A stretch of DNA of 32,656 bases from Pseudothermotoga sp. (GTDB taxonomy: Bacteria; Thermotogota; Thermotogae; Thermotogales; DSM-5069). A program made the position numbers and the translations under genes. Where the stretch lies: contig JAPYWY010000001.1 in assembly GCA_028276125.1 (NCBI GenBank), forward strand, positions 1 through 32,656. Reading direction: 5' to 3'. The notes under the pieces are model-generated. The model was not told where the DNA came from and made no database searches. It saw only the letters and a program-made list of their open reading frames with translations. Positions 29,605 through 32,656 of the stretch are shown here, piece after piece; within the stretch, counting starts at the first letter, position 1, and each line of letters opens with the position of its first letter.

Positions 29605-29681
29605 TGGCAGGGCCGGCAGGACTCGAACCTGCAACCGCCGATTTTGGAGACCGGCGCTCTACCCAGTTGAGCTACGGCCCT
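29605..29681 (-). tRNA. tRNA-Trp (CCA)
   Basis: Acceptor stem AGGGCCG/CGGCCCT, anticodon arm CCGGT-CTCCAAA-ATCGG, T-loop GTTCGAG, encoded CCA end. Confidence 0.97.
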
Positions 29682-29684
29682 GCG

Positions 29685-29831
29685 TTATTTGGTCTCAACG
29701 TGTTCCGTGTGTTTGTTACAGTTCGGGCAGTATTTTCTTAGACTCAACTTTGTCTTCTTCGTGTTGTTCTTCTCCGTGTAATAATTCTTATGCCCGCAAA
29801 CAGAGCACTTCAAGGCTATTTTAACCGTCAT
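29685..29831 (-). CDS. rpmG: 50S ribosomal protein L33, zinc-ribbon type (48 aa; absent from the ORF track)
   Basis: Hand translation gives MTVKIALKCSVCGHKNYYTEKNNTKKTKLSLRKYCPNCNKHTEHVETK, with two CxxC motifs; SD GAGGTG. Confidence 0.97.
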   Translation of the reverse strand: MTVKIALKCSVCGHKNYYTEKNNTKKTKLSLRKYCPNCNKHTEHVETK

Positions 29832-29861
29832 CTCTTACACCTCTTTCGGTGAGAAATAGAC

Positions 29862-29948
29862 TGGTGGTGAGGGGAGGATTTGAACCTCCGAAGGCGATCC
29901 GCCAGCGGATTTACAGTCCGCCCCCTTAGGCCACTCGGGCACCTCACC
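29862..29948 (-). tRNA. tRNA-Tyr (GTA)
   Basis: Acceptor stem GGTGAGG/CCTCACC, anticodon arm GCGGA-CTGTAAA-TCCGC, long variable arm, CCA end. Confidence 0.97.
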
Positions 29949-29960
29949 ACCCCATTGGGT

Positions 29961-30036
29961 TGGAGCCAGCGAAGGGACTCGAACCCCCAACCTGCTGATT
30001 ACAAGTCAGCCGCTCTGCCGTTTGAGCTACGCTGGC
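29961..30036 (-). tRNA. tRNA-Thr (TGT)
   Basis: Acceptor stem GCCAGCG/CGCTGGC, anticodon arm CTGA-CTTGTAA-TCAG, T-loop GTTCGAG, CCA end. Confidence 0.97.
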
Positions 30037-30050
30037 CCGTGACCCTGACA

Positions 30051-30080
30051 ATTATACGCGATGGTGCATCGTGTTGTCAA
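30051..30080 (-). promoter_or_regulatory. Consensus sigma70/sigmaA promoter of the tRNA-rpmG-secE-nusG operon
   Basis: Minus strand TTGACA-N18-TATAAT; the -10 ends 14 nt upstream of tRNA-Thr. Confidence 0.9.
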
Positions 30081-30156
30081 TGATCAACCGCAATGACTAA
30101 AATACTACAACTTTGTGGCATTCGCCATTAAATGTTCGTTATCTCAGCGTTTCGAT

Positions 30157-31968
30157 TCATTTCAGCCAAGGTCTCAGATCTTCCACCACGAAGTCCAAAC
30201 CGAGTCTTCTGAGCGTCTCTTCCGTTGGTATACCCCGCTCGTCCCAGCCGCGTATCTTGTAATACTCACTGAGTAACTCATCGTAACGCTCAGGATCCAG
30301 ATGCTGGCCATCCACACCGTCTTCGAACCAACGTTTCGGTGGATAATCCATCTTTCTGTCCCAATCGCCTTTGAATTCCCTCACCCAGTAGGACCTTATC
30401 AGGGAATAAACTCTGTCTGCAGCCAGGTAGATGTCATCGAGCGTGTAATCCTTACCCACGATGCTGCTCAAAATTTTCGCGTACCATTCGAGATCGAGTC
30501 CAAGTTCCACCCACGGGAGTCTGCAGGCTGTGAGCATCTCGAACATACCACCTCTGATCCTCTGTTGTTCCACAACTTTCTTGGCTTTCTCTGGCGAGTA
30601 GTTCATCACGTACTCCTTGCCCGACGAGTCCTCCATCGGCGTCGAACCGATCTCCCAAGCAATGACCCAAGCCTCTTTGTGGTGCGCACCGATCGCGCAC
30701 GTTCCGTACGCGAGTGCCATGGCTGGATATATGTAGCAGTTGTAGGCAGAAACCTCCAAGCCCTTGACGTGCATCGCGATCTCCTCAAGTCCAAGTTTCT
30801 CGGAGGCTTCCTTGACCCCCTCGGCCAAGAGGTTGCCCAATTCACCCTGCCTGAAGACTATTCTCTTCGTCAATTCCAATGCACCCTCGTAATCTCCAAA
30901 CTTCGGAGCCTCCTTCAGAACACCGCGCTCAGCAGCCTCCATCGCGAATCCCAGCACGGCGCCCAGAGAGATCGTGTCGATCCCGAACTCGTCCGCCAAT
31001 CTGTTGATGTGCGCAACCCTATTCAAGAAGGCTATTCCCGTGTTTGGACCCAGCATTCCAACGTTTTCGTAGTCGAGCTCGCTCTCCTTTCCCTCGATGT
31101 CCAACACCACGTTCCCACACACCATGTTGCAGTTGGGACAGCCCCTTCGAGAGATTTTCATTGCCTCCATCGCGTATCCATCAACGGTTCTCGCGTACTC
31201 AAACTTGACTTGCGTGAAATTCCTTGTCGGAAGCGCCCTGTTCTTGTTCGCCCATTCGACTGTGGCCATTGTACCTTGACGTATCCAAAAGCTGTAAGCA
31301 GGTAAGGTTGGAATCAGCTTGAAAACCTCTCGCGTGTATTTTTCGAAGCTTTCCCGATCCTTCACTTCGACATCTTTGCTGCCCCTGACGACTATGGCCT
31401 TCAACTTCTTGCTCCCCATCACCGCGCCGATGCCGGGTCTTCCCCCCGCTCGACCCTCCTGGGATATCACGACCGAGTATTTCACGAGGTTCTCTCCCGC
31501 TGGCCCGATGCTCAAAACGCCCACGTTCCCGTGAACTTGTTTGAGTCTTTTCTCGGTTTCGAAGGTCGATAGTCCCCAGAGTCCTTCGGCACTCATTATG
31601 TGCACCGCATCATCGTCAACGTAAAGGTACACGGGCTTATCCGACGCGCCTTCGACGATGATGGCCATGTAACCAGCTTTTCTCAGGTGCATCGAGACCA
31701 TGGTCCCAATGTTGCCATCGCCGTAACCACCGGTGAGAGGGCTTTTCGCTGCGACAACGAGCTTTCCTCCGCTCGGAGTCCTCAATCCGTTGAAAGGGCC
31801 TGCCGCGATGATCAATTTGTTGTCCGGCGAGAGGGGATCTACACCCTTAACCTCGTCCCAGAGAATCTTTGCGGCAAGTCCTCGTGCCCCTATGAATTGG
31901 TCCAGGATTTTTTCATCGATGGGTTCTTTGCTGACTCTCTTGGTTGTTAGGTTAACGCGCAGTACCAT
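30157..31968 (-). CDS. Tungsten-dependent aldehyde:ferredoxin oxidoreductase, FOR (formaldehyde ferredoxin oxidoreductase)-like
   Basis: [33 protein letters not shown], [4Fe-4S] ligands CPNCNMVC and [17 protein letters not shown] and [11 protein letters not shown]. Confidence 0.93.
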   Translation of the reverse strand: MVLRVNLTTKRVSKEPIDEKILDQFIGARGLAAKILWDEVKGVDPLSPDNKLIIAAGPFNGLRTPSGGKLVVAAKSPLTGGYGDGNIGTMVSMHLRKAGYMAIIVEGASDKPVYLYVDDDAVHIMSAEGLWGLSTFETEKRLKQVHGNVGVLSIGPAGENLVKYSVVISQEGRAGGRPGIGAVMGSKKLKAIVVRGSKDVEVKDRESFEKYTREVFKLIPTLPAYSFWIRQGTMATVEWANKNRALPTRNFTQVKFEYARTVDGYAMEAMKISRRGCPNCNMVCGNVVLDIEGKESELDYENVGMLGPNTGIAFLNRVAHINRLADEFGIDTISLGAVLGFAMEAAERGVLKEAPKFGDYEGALELTKRIVFRQGELGNLLAEGVKEASEKLGLEEIAMHVKGLEVSAYNCYIYPAMALAYGTCAIGAHHKEAWVIAWEIGSTPMEDSSGKEYVMNYSPEKAKKVVEQQRIRGGMFEMLTACRLPWVELGLDLEWYAKILSSIVGKDYTLDDIYLAADRVYSLIRSYWVREFKGDWDRKMDYPPKRWFEDGVDGQHLDPERYDELLSEYYKIRGWDERGIPTEETLRRLGLDFVVEDLRPWLK

Positions 31969-31999
31969 CAGATTTCGCCCCCTTGTTAAGTTTTTCGCG

Positions 32000-32032
32000 T
32001 GATTATTCTACCATACGCTCGCGTATAATCAA
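32000..32032. promoter_or_regulatory. Overlapping divergent promoter elements for the FOR-like gene and glyQ
   Basis: Plus strand: TATAAT at 32024-32029. Minus strand: TTGATT-N16-TAGAAT with an extended TG (32032-32005). Confidence 0.55.
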
Positions 32033-32050
32033 AACAGTGGAGGTGACACG

Positions 32051-32656
32051 TTGTATCTGCAGGATGTGATCGCCAAGCTCAACGAATACTGGGCTTCACT
32101 CGGTTGTATGATCGATCAGCCCTACGATCTGGAAGTCGGAGCAGGTACGTTCCATCCTTCGACATTCTTCGGATGCCTCAGGGAGGGTGATTGGAAGGTT
32201 GCCTTCGTCCAACCGAGTCGCCGCCCGACGGACGGGAGGTACGGTGAAAACCCCAACAGGTTGCAGAGGTATTTTCAGTACCAAGTTATCATCAAGCCTT
32301 CTCCAGACAACGCACAGAAGGTTTATTTGGATTCTTTGTCCGCGTTGGGTGTAGATCTAAAGAAACATGACGTTCGGTTCATCGAAGATAACTGGGAATC
32401 ACCCACGCTCGGCGCCTGGGGCGTAGGATGGGAAGTGTGGCTCGACGGTATGGAGATCACGCAGTTCACGTACTTCCAACAGATAGGAGGGATCGTTCTC
32501 AAATCGATCCCGCTCGAGATCACGTACGGCCTCGAAAGGATCGCGATGTATCTGCAAGGTAAGAGCAACATCTTTGAAGTCATGTGGAACGAGAAGATAT
32601 CTTATGGTGAGCTCTATAGAGAGAACGAGAAACAGTTTTCGAAATATAACTTTGAG
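32051..32656 (+). CDS. glyQ: Glycyl-tRNA synthetase alpha subunit; 3'-truncated by the window (absent from the ORF track)
   Basis: TTG start after GGAGGTGA. Hand translation: [89 protein letters not shown]. Confidence 0.97.
   Translation, partial: MYLQDVIAKLNEYWASLGCMIDQPYDLEVGAGTFHPSTFFGCLREGDWKVAFVQPSRRPTDGRYGENPNRLQRYFQYQVIIKPSPDNAQKVYLDSLSALGVDLKKHDVRFIEDNWESPTLGAWGVGWEVWLDGMEITQFTYFQQIGGIVLKSIPLEITYGLERIAMYLQGKSNIFEVMWNEKISYGELYRENEKQFSKYNFE

Noticed and set aside
29832-29960. No tuf or further tRNAs in the tRNA-secE cluster
   Set aside because: This is ordinary lineage variation; tuf is commonly located in the str operon.
29605-32050. tRNA-anchored genomic island carrying the FOR-like gene
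   Set aside because: The gene lies 5' of tRNA-Thr rather than at a 3' att site; no integrase and no duplicated tRNA end were seen.
1-32656. CRISPR arrays, IS elements or tandem repeats
   Set aside because: None recognised by eye; intergenic gaps are all under about 160 nt, and the larger ones contain recognisable promoters, leaders or terminators.

Overview
Dense, mostly housekeeping chromosomal region of a thermophilic bacterium, most likely a member of the Thermotogae. The lineage call is an inference from the 354-aa insertion-bearing NusG, the 1650-aa RpoC and an L10 resembling that of T. maritima. Left part: the 3' end of a secretin gene and a MEMO1/AmmeMemoRadiSam-B gene. Next is a minus-strand operon (DUF167, LCP, nfi, Fe-ADH, RlmI-like methyltransferase, aminotransferase, murJ). 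A divergent plus-strand operon follows, with two membrane-anchored Mrr-fold genes (one apparently catalytically dead), lysine 2,3-aminomutase, a KamB-like protein, dnaN and an orphan ABC ATPase. Then come tldD-pmbA and a THUMP methyltransferase. Right part: the tRNA-Thr/tRNA-Tyr/rpmG/tRNA-Trp/secE/nusG/rplK/rplA/rplJ/rplL/rpoB/rpoC cluster, with recognisable L1 and L10 leaders, promoters and terminators. It is followed by an archaeal FOR-like tungsten aldehyde:ferredoxin oxidoreductase and the 5' part of glyQ. No CRISPR array, transposase, integrase or prophage gene was seen. The best candidates for something undescribed are the active/inactive Mrr-like membrane nuclease pair heading the kamA-kamB-dnaN-ABC operon, the Thermococcales-like FOR, and a possible ATT start codon for the RlmI-like gene. 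All family calls come from motif recognition by eye; no database searches were run.
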